A DNA stretch of 64,000 nt from Candidatus Stahliibacteriota bacterium (GTDB lineage: Bacteria > Hydrothermota > Tepidihabitantia > SM23-42). The notes beneath the pieces were generated by a model. It was not told the origin of the DNA. It saw nothing but the letters and a program-made list of their open reading frames with translations, and did not search any database. This document shows, in pieces, positions 11,749 to 21,360 of this stretch (positions are counted from its first letter, which is position 1; the number at the start of each line of letters is the position of its first letter). A program made the translations under genes and the position numbers. The stretch spans positions 55 through 64,054 of the forward strand of contig JAUWCU010000003.1 in assembly GCA_030609135.1 (NCBI GenBank), given 5' to 3'.

Positions 11749-12754
11749 GCTTGGATCTCTGTGCAGGGTTCATCTCTTCGCGTATTTTCTGTTCGATTTT
11801 CTGGGCGATGTCGCTGTCTGTTTTTAATAACTCGATAACTGCATCACGTCCTTGGCCGATTCGTTCATCGCCGTAAGAATACCAGGAACCTGCTTTCTGG
11901 ATAATTTTCAGATCCACGCCGATATCGACTAATTCTCCATATTTGGATATTCCTTCTCCGTAAATAATATCGAACTCCACTTTCTTAAAAGGTGGTGCGA
12001 GTTTGTTCTTTACCACTCGAACCCTTGTTCTTGAACCGATCATTGTATCGCCTTTCTTTATCGTGGCGATCCGTCTAATATCACATCGGACTGACGAATG
12101 AAACTTTAAAGCCATGCCTCCAGGTGTTGTTTCGGGTGAACCATATATAACCCCGATTTTGTAGCGTATTTGGTTAATGAAAACTGCGCAGGTATTTGAT
12201 TTGCTGATGACGCCAGTCAGTTTTCTCAGTGCTTGAGACATGAGACGGGCAATCAAGCCGACTTGTAGTTCACCCATTTCTCCGGCAATCTCCGCCTTCG
12301 GTACTAAGGCGGCAACTGAATCAAGCACGACAATATCAACACCGCCAGAACGGGTTAGGATTTCGGTAATTTCTAAAGCCTGTTCAGCAGTATCTGGTTG
12401 GGAAATGAGCAGGTCAGTTAGATTGATCCCAAGATTTTGAGCATAAGTTGGGTCAAAAGCGTGTTCGACATCAATGAAGATCGCGGTGCCACCAGCTTTT
12501 TGAGCTTGAGCAATAGCCTCTAAGGCAAGCGTGGTCTTACCACCTGCTTCTGGGCCAAATATCTCTACAACCCGACCACGTGGGAATCCACCAACACCCA
12601 GGGCAAAATCAAGACCGATTGAGCCAGTTGGAATCACTTCGACATCTACTCTTGCTCCTTTGTCGCCAAGGCGCATAATGGATCCTTTACCGAATTGTTT
12701 TTCAATTTGACTGATTGCTACATTCAAGACTTTTTGTTTATCGTCTTTTGCCAT
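11711..12754 (-). CDS. recA: recombinase RecA
   Basis: Walker [14 protein letters not shown]1/L2 loops, highly conserved RecA sequence throughout. Confidence 0.97.
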   Translation of the reverse strand: MAKDDKQKVLNVAISQIEKQFGKGSIMRLGDKGARVDVEVIPTGSIGLDFALGVGGFPRGRVVEIFGPEAGGKTTLALEAIAQAQKAGGTAIFIDVEHAFDPTYAQNLGINLTDLLISQPDTAEQALEITEILTRSGGVDIVVLDSVAALVPKAEIAGEMGELQVGLIARLMSQALRKLTGVISKSNTCAVFINQIRYKIGVIYGSPETTPGGMALKFHSSVRCDIRRIATIKKGDTMIGSRTRVRVVKNKLAPPFKKVEFDIIYGEGISKYGELVDIGVDLKIIQKAGSWYSYGDERIGQGRDAVIELLKTDSDIAQKIEQKIREEMNPAQRSKHEDKQDRTSEKK

Positions 12755-12794
12755 ATTCCTCCTTGCCTATATCATAATTAAAATCGTCACCAAG

Positions 12795-13454
12795 TCAAGG
12801 GGAAGTAGGGTTATGATGTTTTATTACTTTTCCCTCCACTGCAAATATTACCTCTTCACAAATATTTGTGGATAAATCAGCAATACGTTCTAAATTTTTT
12901 GTAATATTAAGTAAATGGAAAGAACGTTCAATAGTGGTTGCGTCTGAAATCATATAAGTGATTAGTTCTCTTAAAATCTGATCTCGCAAGGCATCTACAA
13001 CACTATCTCTTTCACAAATACCCTTAGCCAATCCGGGGTTTTCATTTATAAAAGAATTTATACTGTCATTTAACATTTTAATTACTTCCTCTGCCATCCT
13101 TGGTATATCTATTAAGGGTTTAACCAAAGGTGTTTCTATTAAATACAATGCGCTCTGCGAAATATTTACTGCATGATCTGCAATTCTCTCCAGGTCATTA
13201 TTCATTTTTAATATCATTAATATTGTCCTTAGATCTATTGCTCTGGGTTGAAACTTAACAATGAGTGTTATACATATTTCATCTAATTCTATTTCAAAAT
13301 CGTTTGCATTAGGTTCATCTTTTTCTATTATGCCAGTGAGTAATTCCACGTTTTTTTCTACTAATCCTTTAATACTTTTCTCGACCATACTCACAACAAG
13401 ACAAGTGTAATCGACAAGCCTCTTTTTAAGCTCGTTTATTTTTTCCTCTAACAA
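12795..13454 (-). CDS. phoU: phosphate signalling complex protein PhoU
   Basis: 219 aa. Two PhoU repeats with the conserved D-x-x-E-R-I-A-D motif (LERIADHA, LERIADLS). Located at the end of the pst operon. Confidence 0.9.
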   Translation of the reverse strand: MLEEKINELKKRLVDYTCLVVSMVEKSIKGLVEKNVELLTGIIEKDEPNANDFEIELDEICITLIVKFQPRAIDLRTILMILKMNNDLERIADHAVNISQSALYLIETPLVKPLIDIPRMAEEVIKMLNDSINSFINENPGLAKGICERDSVVDALRDQILRELITYMISDATTIERSFHLLNITKNLERIADLSTNICEEVIFAVEGKVIKHHNPTSP

Positions 13455-13465
13455 TCAATACCTCC

Positions 13466-14296
13466 TTATCCAAAACGTCCGGTTATATAATTTTCTGTTA
13501 GCTTTTCTTTTGGGGCAGTAAAAAGCTTTGTTGTTTCGCCAAACTCGACCAACTTACCCAGGTAGAGAAACCCCGTGTAATCTGAAATTCTTGCTGCCTG
13601 CTGCAAGTTATGAGTGACAATAATAATTGTATATCTTTGTTTAAGGTTAATCATTAAATCTTCTATTTTTGCTGTGGAGATAGGATCCAGGGCAGAACAC
13701 GGTTCATCAAACAGGATGACTTCAGGCTCAATTGCTAAAGCGCGGGCAATACAGAGTCTTTGTTGCTGTCCACCGGAAAGAGAAAATGCTGAATCATGTA
13801 AACGGTTTTTCACCTCATCCCATAAAGCAGCTGATTTTATAGCAGAAACAACTCTTTTTTCAATTTCTCTTTTATTTTTTATACCGTGTAGTCTTAACCC
13901 AAATGCGAGATTTTCAATGATTGATTTGGGAAATGGATTCGGTTTTTGAAAAACCATCCCAACTTTCTTTCTAAGTTCATACGGTTCATAATTGGGATCA
14001 TAAATATTAATATCATCCAAAATAATTTTACCTGTTATTCGTGCTGAAGGTATAATGTCATTCATCCTGTTTAAGCAGCGAATAAAGGTAGATTTACCAC
14101 AACCAGAGGGTCCGATGATTGCGGTAATACTATTACATTTTATATTAAATGTAACATCTTTTAAAACATGATTTTTACCGAAAGAGACATTTAATTTTTC
14201 AATTTTAAGACGCGTGTTATTTTTATCGCATTTAGACGTAGTGTCTAATAACGCAGGTATTATTTTTGGAGGATTGATATTTGCTACTTTTACCAT
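13466..14296 (-). CDS. pstB: phosphate ABC transporter ATP-binding protein PstB
   Basis: Walker [10 protein letters not shown], signature [14 protein letters not shown], Walker B ILFDEP. The true start may be an internal Met. Confidence 0.92.
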   Translation of the reverse strand: MVKVANINPPKIIPALLDTTSKCDKNNTRLKIEKLNVSFGKNHVLKDVTFNIKCNSITAIIGPSGCGKSTFIRCLNRMNDIIPSARITGKIILDDINIYDPNYEPYELRKKVGMVFQKPNPFPKSIIENLAFGLRLHGIKNKREIEKRVVSAIKSAALWDEVKNRLHDSAFSLSGGQQQRLCIARALAIEPEVILFDEPCSALDPISTAKIEDLMINLKQRYTIIIVTHNLQQAARISDYTGFLYLGKLVEFGETTKLFTAPKEKLTENYITGRFG

Positions 14297-15207
14297 AATT
14301 TTTTCTTCCTTGCTCTTGTTCTTATTATGATTGCAATAAGATCCAGTCCTAAGACTAAAAGGAGAAGGACTAAAGCACTACCATAGGCAATTGGAATCTG
14401 TTCCTTAGGATGTGTACCTTCTGTCACTAATGCATAAATATGGTATGGAAGTGCTTGAACTTCAGAAAGAATCGATTTGGGCAGTTTCCTGGAAAAGAAG
14501 GTTACTGCAGTAAAAAGTATTGGTGCGGTCTCTCCTGCTGCCCTGCCTATCCCTAATATTGTTCCTGTGAGAATGCCCGGAAGTGCCGCTGGTAAGATAA
14601 TACCTCTAACCATTTGCCATTTTGTAGCACCAACACCATAACCTGCTTCACGAAATGAATCGGGTATAGATTTTAACGCTTCTACTGTTGTGCTAATAAT
14701 GACCGGCAGAATCATAATTGCCAGGGTCAGTGAACCGGATAAAAGGGATACTCCAAATCCGAAAAACTTAACAAATATTGCCAAACCAAAAAGACCGAAT
14801 ACAATAGAAGGTACACCCGCAAGATTGTTTATACCCATTTTTATTATTCTCACCAATGTGTTGGCACCGGTATATTCATTTAAATATATCGCCGTAAGAA
14901 TACCAAGCGGCAGGGCGAAAATAACAGCTCCTAATGATAAGTAGAATGTGCCGAGGATTGCCGGTAATATGCCTCCTTTTGTCATTGCCTGTCTAGGCAT
15001 GGCTGTTAAAAATTCGATATTTAAAACGCCTGCGCCGCGTACGGCTATAAAAATCACAATTATGAAAAGGAAAAATATAGTTACGATGAGTGAAAGAAAT
15101 AGTATAGAAATACCAATTTTTTGAACTAATCTCCGGTGATTTGCATACGATTTTATATTTAAGGGTGTATTCAACGCCGGTGAAATTTCCATTGCCCGAT
15201 TCTCCAT
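14290..15207 (-). CDS. pstA: phosphate ABC transporter permease PstA
   Basis: Multi-TM permease with the EAA-like loop ([12 protein letters not shown]). Sits between pstC and pstB. Confidence 0.9.
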   Translation of the reverse strand: MENRAMEISPALNTPLNIKSYANHRRLVQKIGISILFLSLIVTIFFLFIIVIFIAVRGAGVLNIEFLTAMPRQAMTKGGILPAILGTFYLSLGAVIFALPLGILTAIYLNEYTGANTLVRIIKMGINNLAGVPSIVFGLFGLAIFVKFFGFGVSLLSGSLTLAIMILPVIISTTVEALKSIPDSFREAGYGVGATKWQMVRGIILPAALPGILTGTILGIGRAAGETAPILFTAVTFFSRKLPKSILSEVQALPYHIYALVTEGTHPKEQIPIAYGSALVLLLLVLGLDLIAIIIRTRARKKKLW

Positions 15208-15209
15208 GG

Positions 15210-16097
15210 CTATCTGGTTGCTGTAAATTTTTTATGGAATTGATAAGAGATTCGGTCGGCAATGAAATTGAAACATAAGGTCATTATGAATAATACAATA
15301 GCAATACCAAAGAGGGCATAATAATGCTCACTGCCCATTACAGTCTCTGCCATTTCAGAAGCAATTGTTGAAGTCATTGCCCGCACTGGTTTTAAAAACG
15401 AGAAGACTATTCTTGCAGAACCACCGGCAACCATCAAAATAGCCATTGTCTCTCCAATTGCCCGGCCAATCCCTAAGATTAAAGCCGTAGAAATACCTGA
15501 AGCTGCGGCCGGCAACGTAATCTTAGTCATTGTCTCCCATTTGGTAGCTCCAACAGCAAAAGCCGCTTCTTTATATTCCTTTGGGATTGAAGAAAGGGCA
15601 TCTTCAACAATACTGGTCACTGTAGGTAAAACCATTATCCCCAGAATAATCGCTGCAGAAAATGCAGTAAGCCCAATAGGTAAATTGAATAGCTTCTGAA
15701 CAATTGGGGCTATTAACAACACACCGAAAAGTCCATAGATAACTGAAGGGATACACGCAAGGAGTTCAACAATCGGCTTCATTATTTCCTTGAGCCAAAA
15801 AGGAGCAACTTCAGCTATATATAAGGCACTGAGGATACCAAGAGGTGCAGCAAAAATTAATGCGCCGAGCGTGATGATAAGTGAACCGTAGATCATGGGA
15901 AGGATTCCAAATTCAGCATATTCGTGTGTTGGATACCAATGTGTGCCAAATAAAAATTCTCCAATACCTACATACTTTAATATGGGTAGCCCCTGAGTAA
16001 ATAGAACGATAACAATACCGCCAAGAAAGAGAAGCGAACTCAAGGCGCAGAATAGTAGTATTGATTTGATTATTAATTCTTTTAGTTTTCTACTCAT
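15210..16097 (-). CDS. pstC: phosphate ABC transporter permease PstC
   Basis: Multi-TM permease (GRAIGETMAIL). First permease gene after pstS. Confidence 0.9.
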   Translation of the reverse strand: MSRKLKELIIKSILLFCALSSLLFLGGIVIVLFTQGLPILKYVGIGEFLFGTHWYPTHEYAEFGILPMIYGSLIITLGALIFAAPLGILSALYIAEVAPFWLKEIMKPIVELLACIPSVIYGLFGVLLIAPIVQKLFNLPIGLTAFSAAIILGIMVLPTVTSIVEDALSSIPKEYKEAAFAVGATKWETMTKITLPAAASGISTALILGIGRAIGETMAILMVAGGSARIVFSFLKPVRAMTSTIASEMAETVMGSEHYYALFGIAIVLFIMTLCFNFIADRISYQFHKKFTATR

Positions 16098-16147
16098 GTT
16101 CAGTCAATCTTCTTCCTTTTAATTAAGTAACAGTTTAGTTTTTCAAA

Positions 16148-16183
16148 ACCTGTCCTGGTCCTGAATTAAGTTCAGGACAGGTC
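16148..16183. promoter_or_regulatory. strong hairpin (10-bp stem ACCTGTCCTG / CAGGACAGGT) in the unusually long pstS-pstC intergenic region
   Basis: Read directly. The intergenic region is about 350 bp and also contains a GTAG-headed hairpin (tgtagtggtcggattcatccgac) and a ccccgt...acgggg hairpin. Confidence 0.45.
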
Positions 16184-16445
16184 AAGATTGTAGTGGTCGG
16201 ATTCATCCGACATTAATAAAAATGTGCAATAAATTGCACCGCTACAATTATTAATTGTACAACCATCTGAATATTGACATCTGTACTTTTTAATTTGTTC
16301 AAAGATAAACCCCGTAGGACATTTGCTGTCCAACGGGGTAAAGCCTTCTCCACGGTTCAAATTAGATACAAAAGCTTTTTGCTTTAGCAATAGCTGTTCT
16401 ATTTTATACATATCACCGCGGAGAAGACTTTACCATTATCTCTAT

Positions 16446-17240
16446 TTATTTAACTGGCACAAAACCAGCTTCTTGAACGATTTTCTGTCCTTGTTCTGAC
16501 ATGATAAAATCGATAAAATCCTTGGCTAAACCATCTGGTGAACCATTCGTATACATGAAAAGTGGACGGGCAAGTGGATAAGTTTCATTCCTTACAGTCT
16601 CTTCTGAAGGTGTTATACCATCAACCTTTAATGCCTTGACCTCGTCACTCAAATAACCAAGTCCAACATAACCAATTGCACCAGGTGTTTGGGCAACAAT
16701 TCTGGCAACCTCAAGATTTGATATAAGCATAAGTGCACCATCAGTCACTTTTGCTTTATTTAATGCCAGTTTGTTAAAGGTCTCAAATGTTCCTGATGCT
16801 GCATCTCGCGAAATCACGACAATTGTCCCAGAACCTCTGCCAATTTTATCCCAACGGGTAACTTCACCAGTGTAGATTTTTTTCAGATCCTCTTTTGATA
16901 TCTCATTTAAGGGATTATCAGGATGAACAATAACCGCAATGCCATCACGGGCAATGATATTGGCAACAGGATTCACGCCTTTTTCTCTTGCTTTTTTGAT
17001 TTCTTTTGTCTTCATGGGTCTTGAGGCATCTGCAATATCTGTTGCTCCATCAATAAGTGCTGCAATTCCTGTTCCTGAACCTCCCCCACGGATTGTAATG
17101 TCCGCTTCAGGGTTATTATCCATATAAACCTCTGCAGCATACTGTGCTATTGGAAGCACAGTTGTTGAACCCTGGATTGTCAGTTTCTGGGCAAAAAGCC
17201 CAACTGATAATACCAAAGCAAGAAAAGATAGTTTTTTCAT
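16446..17240 (-). CDS. pstS: phosphate ABC transporter substrate-binding protein PstS
   Basis: PBP_like_2 fold with GSTTVLP and GSGTG motifs. The likely start is the internal Met (MKKLSFLALVLSVGLFAQ, signal peptide) preceded by GGAGA. The ORF-track start at 17321 is probably an upstream extension. Confidence 0.88.
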   Translation of the reverse strand: MKKLSFLALVLSVGLFAQKLTIQGSTTVLPIAQYAAEVYMDNNPEADITIRGGGSGTGIAALIDGATDIADASRPMKTKEIKKAREKGVNPVANIIARDGIAVIVHPDNPLNEISKEDLKKIYTGEVTRWDKIGRGSGTIVVISRDAASGTFETFNKLALNKAKVTDGALMLISNLEVARIVAQTPGAIGYVGLGYLSDEVKALKVDGITPSEETVRNETYPLARPLFMYTNGSPDGLAKDFIDFIMSEQGQKIVQEAGFVPVK

Positions 17241-17364
17241 TATTTCTCCTTTTGAATCTTTATTAAAATAAAGATTCAATGATTGCAATGTTTTTTTTAG
17301 ATTACAATGACAATTTTTCATTTTTATATTAATCGTTGTAATCGTTTAATGATCGCTGTAATCA

Positions 17365-17389
17365 AAAATATGTTTTGAAAACATATTTT
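17365..17389. promoter_or_regulatory. 25-bp perfect palindrome AAAATATGTTTT-G-AAAACATATTTT between the porin gene and pstS
   Basis: Read directly. The arms are exact reverse complements. Entirely A/T except for 4 positions. Overlaps the porin stop codon by 1 nt. About 150 bp upstream of pstS. Confidence 0.45.
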
Positions 17390-18363
17390 CAATATGAATA
17401 CTTAAACTGGATCATTGCCTTATCCGAAGAATCGCTGTCGTCCTCATACGTCTTTATCTGATAATTAACCTGGGTTAAAAGAGTATTAGAGATTTTATAA
17501 TTAAAACCTCCAATAATCCTATTATGTGCATCATCATCAGTATCAACATCTTTGTCAAAGTAATCATACCTGCCAAGAATACTGAAATTTTTATTAATGG
17601 CAATTTCTCCAAGCCCTGTATAACCCATTCCTTTTATTTCGTCGTCTTCTGTTCCAAGATATTCTGCGATCAGTGTTACTGGTCCGTATTTCAATTGCAA
17701 GAGTCCTGCATATCTGTTTTGATCGACCTGTGTTACTATTGTATCACCCGCTGGCTGATCTGCATACCAGTAAGAACCTTTGAACATAACTCCTGGTATA
17801 GGGATCATTGCCAAATTTGCGCATAGAGCTTTATTCGTATTATTTTCTGTATAAGAATAACCATTTCCATTAAAGACCTGAACAGCAAATTCACCATATC
17901 CACCTGGCAATAGTCCATAAAAACCAACACCTAAATCCGCACTGTTTGTCTTCTTTTCAACCTCTTCTAAATTCTTCTCGATTACTGGATATTTCCAGAT
18001 ATCCATCATTCCAAAATAGACCTTTTGCAAACCAATAATTAGTTTTGCATCAGGTATGTATTCACCTATATAGGGAAGTTTCCAGTCTGCCTGGGCATAC
18101 TTTAATCTGACACGCCAGTCTGATTTATTTGTCGCACTACTTTTCTGAGCAATGTCTATGGTTCCTTTAAAAGAAACCGGTTTGGTCTTTGTTTTCCAGC
18201 GGATATAGCCTCTTTTGATTGCGAATTCGTGTTCATTCTCATCAACCTCGGGTGTGGTAGGATTTTCATAAGTATACCGACACCAGAAATAGCCGTATAT
18301 TGGTGCATCTGCATAACTAAAAACAGCGCACCCTAATAATAGAACCAACAAAAGCTGTTTCAT
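17389..18363 (-). CDS. outer-membrane porin, candidate Pho-regulon (phosphate-selective OprO/P-like) porin
   Basis: Signal peptide. Beta-barrel signature with a C-terminal aromatic strand (...IQFKYSY). First gene of the pst transcription unit, with a Pho-box array directly upstream. The porin-family assignment is by context only. Confidence 0.5.
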   Translation of the reverse strand: MKQLLLVLLLGCAVFSYADAPIYGYFWCRYTYENPTTPEVDENEHEFAIKRGYIRWKTKTKPVSFKGTIDIAQKSSATNKSDWRVRLKYAQADWKLPYIGEYIPDAKLIIGLQKVYFGMMDIWKYPVIEKNLEEVEKKTNSADLGVGFYGLLPGGYGEFAVQVFNGNGYSYTENNTNKALCANLAMIPIPGVMFKGSYWYADQPAGDTIVTQVDQNRYAGLLQLKYGPVTLIAEYLGTEDDEIKGMGYTGLGEIAINKNFSILGRYDYFDKDVDTDDDAHNRIIGGFNYKISNTLLTQVNYQIKTYEDDSDSSDKAMIQFKYSY

Positions 18364-18398
18364 TAAGCCTCCTTTCTTATAATATAATAATACTATAT

Positions 18399-18437
18399 GG
18401 TTAATGTATGATTAAGAAATTGTTAAAATATGGTTAA
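18399..18437 (-). promoter_or_regulatory. array of four Pho-box-like hexamers with exact 11-bp phasing upstream of the porin-pst operon
   Basis: Minus-strand reading: TTAACC-n5-TTAACA-n5-TTAATC-n5-TTAACC. Plus-strand ggttaa/gattaa/tgttaa/ggttaa at 18399, 18410, 18421, 18432. Matches the TT(A/T/C)ACA direct-repeat logic of PhoP/PhoB boxes. Lies about 35-75 bp upstream of the porin start (18363). Confidence 0.55.
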
Positions 18438-18719
18438 CCCCGTTAGAAATTCAAACGGCAAATTTATGATCTATCTATAAATATTTGTGTTTTTTAAATC
18501 ATTCAGGTTGTTTAAAAAGTCATTTTTCACTGGAGTAGAGCATTTATGCTCGCCCCGTTAAATAAAGGTATAGCAAAATGTTTTTGGTATAGTGAAATTA
18601 GTATTTAAACGGGGCTCGTGAAAAACGATGAAATTTCATTGCTTTTAACGGGGCTAAAGCCCCTACTCCACTAAATCAACAGCCTGATTAAATCATTTTT
18701 CTCGCAGTTATTGGGATTT

Positions 18720-20441
18720 CTAACGGGGTAAGATAATCGTAACTTTTGAGCCTTTATTGACTTTGCTCTCAATCTTTATCTCACCTTTATGTACCTGGAC
18801 AATATGTTTTACAATAGCAAGGCCAAGTCCTGTCCCTCCCATTTTTCTTGAACGCGATTTATCCACTACATAGAATCTTTCAAAAATCCTGGATAAATGT
18901 TCTCCTGAAATACCTATACCAGTATCCTCGATTCCTATTTTTACAGATGAATTTATTTGATCTACTGTTATTGTAATACCACCTTTTTCAGTATATTTGA
19001 GGGCATTGTCAATTAGATTAATAAACATTTGTTCAAGCTTAAATGAATCTGCCCTGATTACAGGAAAATTATCTGCTATGTTGAGTTTGAAATATAGATT
19101 TTTTTCTGTTAATCTTTGATTGAACATTTTGAATATATTATTAACAAGCTTCTGTAAATTTACGTTTTCTAACTCCAGGTTTTCCTTCTCCTCAAGTTCT
19201 GAGAGCAATTGTAAATCCTGCACGATATTTATGAGTCGATCTGTATGTCTTTTGATGATATCAAGATAATGTTTCGTTTTTACATTTTTTTCTTGTTCCA
19301 GTGTTTCTACAAATCCTTTTATTGCAGTAAGTGGTGTTCTTAATTCATGTGATACATTCGCGACAAAATCTTTTTTCATCTTTGTTACCTGTAAAATTTC
19401 TGTAATATCATGTAAGGTTAGTACGATCTGCTCTGCAGAACTCAAAAAAGCAGCACTACATATATAATTTCTCTCATTTATTTCTATTTCTTCATTTGCT
19501 ACAGTATTTTCCCTGCCAATATTTCCTATCAATTTGCCAAGTTTAAGTGACCTTATTAATTCCCAGTAGAATTTACCTTTGACTGCTGTATTGTTCACGA
19601 TTTTTCCAAAGCTGTTATTACTCAATAAAATTTTACCCTTTTTATCCAGGACCACAATACCCTCCTGAATCGAAGCGATGATTATATTTAAAGCCTCTTT
19701 TTCCAGTGATAACTCAGTAACGAGTTTTTTAATCTGGGTAACCATATAATTAAAACTCTCAGCAAGTTCTCCCAACTCATCTTTGCGTTTTGAAAGTATC
19801 ATTACATCAAAATCTCCAGCAGCAACGCGATGCGATGCATTAACTAATTCGCCAATAGGTTTTGATAAACTTTTAGAAAAAATTGCCGCTACAAAAAGGG
19901 ATACAGCTATTATTATAATTGCAATTTGAAGAATTTTTGTCTTTAAATTGTTGAGTAAACCATTTATCTCGCTCAAGAATAAACTTACCCTCAAAACACC
20001 TAATACCGCATCTTCTTCATTGATTGGTATGGCGACATACAACATTTCTTCTTTTATAGTTCGGCTAAACCGTATCGACTTCCCTGTTTTCCCTTCTAAT
20101 GCCTGGATTATTTCTAATCTCGTACTATGATTCTCCATAGCTTTGGGGTCTTTTTCAGAATCTGCTAAGACCATTCCGTCCGGGGCGATTATTGTAATTC
20201 TTGTACCTATTTCTGCGCCCAGTTCTTTTACAAGAGTATCTAATTTGTCGAATTGATTTTCTCTTACCAGAGGTGTTACTTTTAATTTTAAGGTAGTGGC
20301 AAGATTTTTTAAATCATTAGTCAGGGTTTGAATGTAGTGATCTTTTATTGTTGCAAAGGTAAAAACCAAAATCAAAACAGAGAGTAAAAGAGTTATTAAA
20401 AGATAGCCACTAAATATTTTGAAAAAGACAGACCTTTTCAT
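18720..20441 (-). CDS. phoR: sensor histidine kinase, PhoR-like (TM-HAMP-PAS-HisKA-HATPase)
   Basis: N-terminal TM segment. H-box VANVSHELRTPLTAIKGF. G-boxes GGTGLGLAIVKHIV. Overlaps the response regulator upstream by 4 nt and is adjacent to the pst operon. Confidence 0.7.
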   Translation of the reverse strand: MKRSVFFKIFSGYLLITLLLSVLILVFTFATIKDHYIQTLTNDLKNLATTLKLKVTPLVRENQFDKLDTLVKELGAEIGTRITIIAPDGMVLADSEKDPKAMENHSTRLEIIQALEGKTGKSIRFSRTIKEEMLYVAIPINEEDAVLGVLRVSLFLSEINGLLNNLKTKILQIAIIIIAVSLFVAAIFSKSLSKPIGELVNASHRVAAGDFDVMILSKRKDELGELAESFNYMVTQIKKLVTELSLEKEALNIIIASIQEGIVVLDKKGKILLSNNSFGKIVNNTAVKGKFYWELIRSLKLGKLIGNIGRENTVANEEIEINERNYICSAAFLSSAEQIVLTLHDITEILQVTKMKKDFVANVSHELRTPLTAIKGFVETLEQEKNVKTKHYLDIIKRHTDRLINIVQDLQLLSELEEKENLELENVNLQKLVNNIFKMFNQRLTEKNLYFKLNIADNFPVIRADSFKLEQMFINLIDNALKYTEKGGITITVDQINSSVKIGIEDTGIGISGEHLSRIFERFYVVDKSRSRKMGGTGLGLAIVKHIVQVHKGEIKIESKVNKGSKVTIILPR

Positions 20442-21124
20442 TCTTCTACTTTATATCCTATCCCTCTCACATTTTTAATGAATTTGCCAGCCTTACCCAA
20501 TTTTTCCCGTAAATGTTTAATATGAACATCTATTGTTCTATCAATGACAATTTTATTTTCACCCCAGAGAGAATTCAATATTTGTCCTCTTGAAAACACC
20601 CACCCTTTTCTTTCGGATAACGTTTTTAGGATTTTAAATTCGGTTGATGTTAAATCTATTCTTTCTCCATTAACCTTGACTTCGAATTTTTGTAAATCTA
20701 TTACAAGAATTTCACCTATTTCAATCTTCTTTACCTCTTGTTTTTGCTCTTTTCTTCGTAAAACTGCCTTTACCCGTGCAACAAGTTCCCTTGTAGAAAA
20801 TGGTTTGGTAACATAATCATCTGCACCCAGTTCCAGTCCTAAAACCTTGTCTGTTTCATGACCTTTTGCCGTAAGCATAATAATCGGGAGAGATGAAAAT
20901 TTATCTTTCATTTTTAAATATTTACAAATATCAAAACCATCTGCATCGGGCAGCATTAAATCAAGAATCAAAAGGTCTGGGATGTGGTAATTTAGAAATT
21001 TTAAAAAACTACCGGCATCTGAAAACCCCTTAACTACAAAATTCGCTTTTTTAAGGTGAATAGATACCAGTTCTAAAATATCCGGTTCATCATCAACAAT
21101 TGCTATTAGTTTTCCCATAAACAT
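20438..21124 (-). CDS. phoB: OmpR/PhoB-family response regulator
   Basis: Receiver domain (IVDDEPDILEL...DLMLPD...K). Winged-helix trans_reg_C (…RGIGYKVEE). Confidence 0.8.
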   Translation of the reverse strand: MFMGKLIAIVDDEPDILELVSIHLKKANFVVKGFSDAGSFLKFLNYHIPDLLILDLMLPDADGFDICKYLKMKDKFSSLPIIMLTAKGHETDKVLGLELGADDYVTKPFSTRELVARVKAVLRRKEQKQEVKKIEIGEILVIDLQKFEVKVNGERIDLTSTEFKILKTLSERKGWVFSRGQILNSLWGENKIVIDRTIDVHIKHLREKLGKAGKFIKNVRGIGYKVEE

Positions 21125-21190
21125 TCTCTTAGATTAGCTTATATTATGAATAAATACGTGCAAGTCAAGGGGAAGCGGATAATTAGTCTC

Positions 21191-21318
21191 GTAATTGTTC
21201 AATTTTCAGTGGAGAAGCGTAGTTGCGACATTTATGGCGTCTATTTATGTGGCATATCGAGACTTTCTGCACGATGAATCGTGCGACTACAATGTTCCAC
21301 CAAGTTTTGAACAATTAC
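21191..21318. mobile_element. MITE-like element, copy 1 (12-bp terminal inverted repeats GTAATTGTTCAA / TTGAACAATTAC)
   Basis: A second copy lies at 62661-62818 with the same termini and internal blocks (gtagttgcgacatttatggcg ... cacgatgaatcgtgcgactaca ... ccaccaagttttgaaca). No coding capacity. Confidence 0.65.
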
Positions 21319-21326
21319 TTAGCCTC

Positions 21327-21354
21327 TTGACACCTTATTAACACTTGTTATAAT
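21327..21354 (+). promoter_or_regulatory. sigma70-type promoter (TTGACA-N16-TATAAT) giving a leaderless transcript for the downstream lipoprotein gene
   Basis: TTGACA at 21327-21332, TATAAT at 21349-21354, ATG at 21361 (6 nt after the -10, no SD). Confidence 0.5.
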
Positions 21355-21360
21355 ACTTAT

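Noticed and set aside
16172-16411. 79-aa Cys-rich ORF between pstS and pstC
   Set aside because: It lies entirely within repeat-derived DNA (GTAG-headed hairpin, ccccgt…acgggg hairpin) and overlaps the large hairpin. It has no RBS and its codon usage is unlike the neighbouring genes. Most likely spurious.
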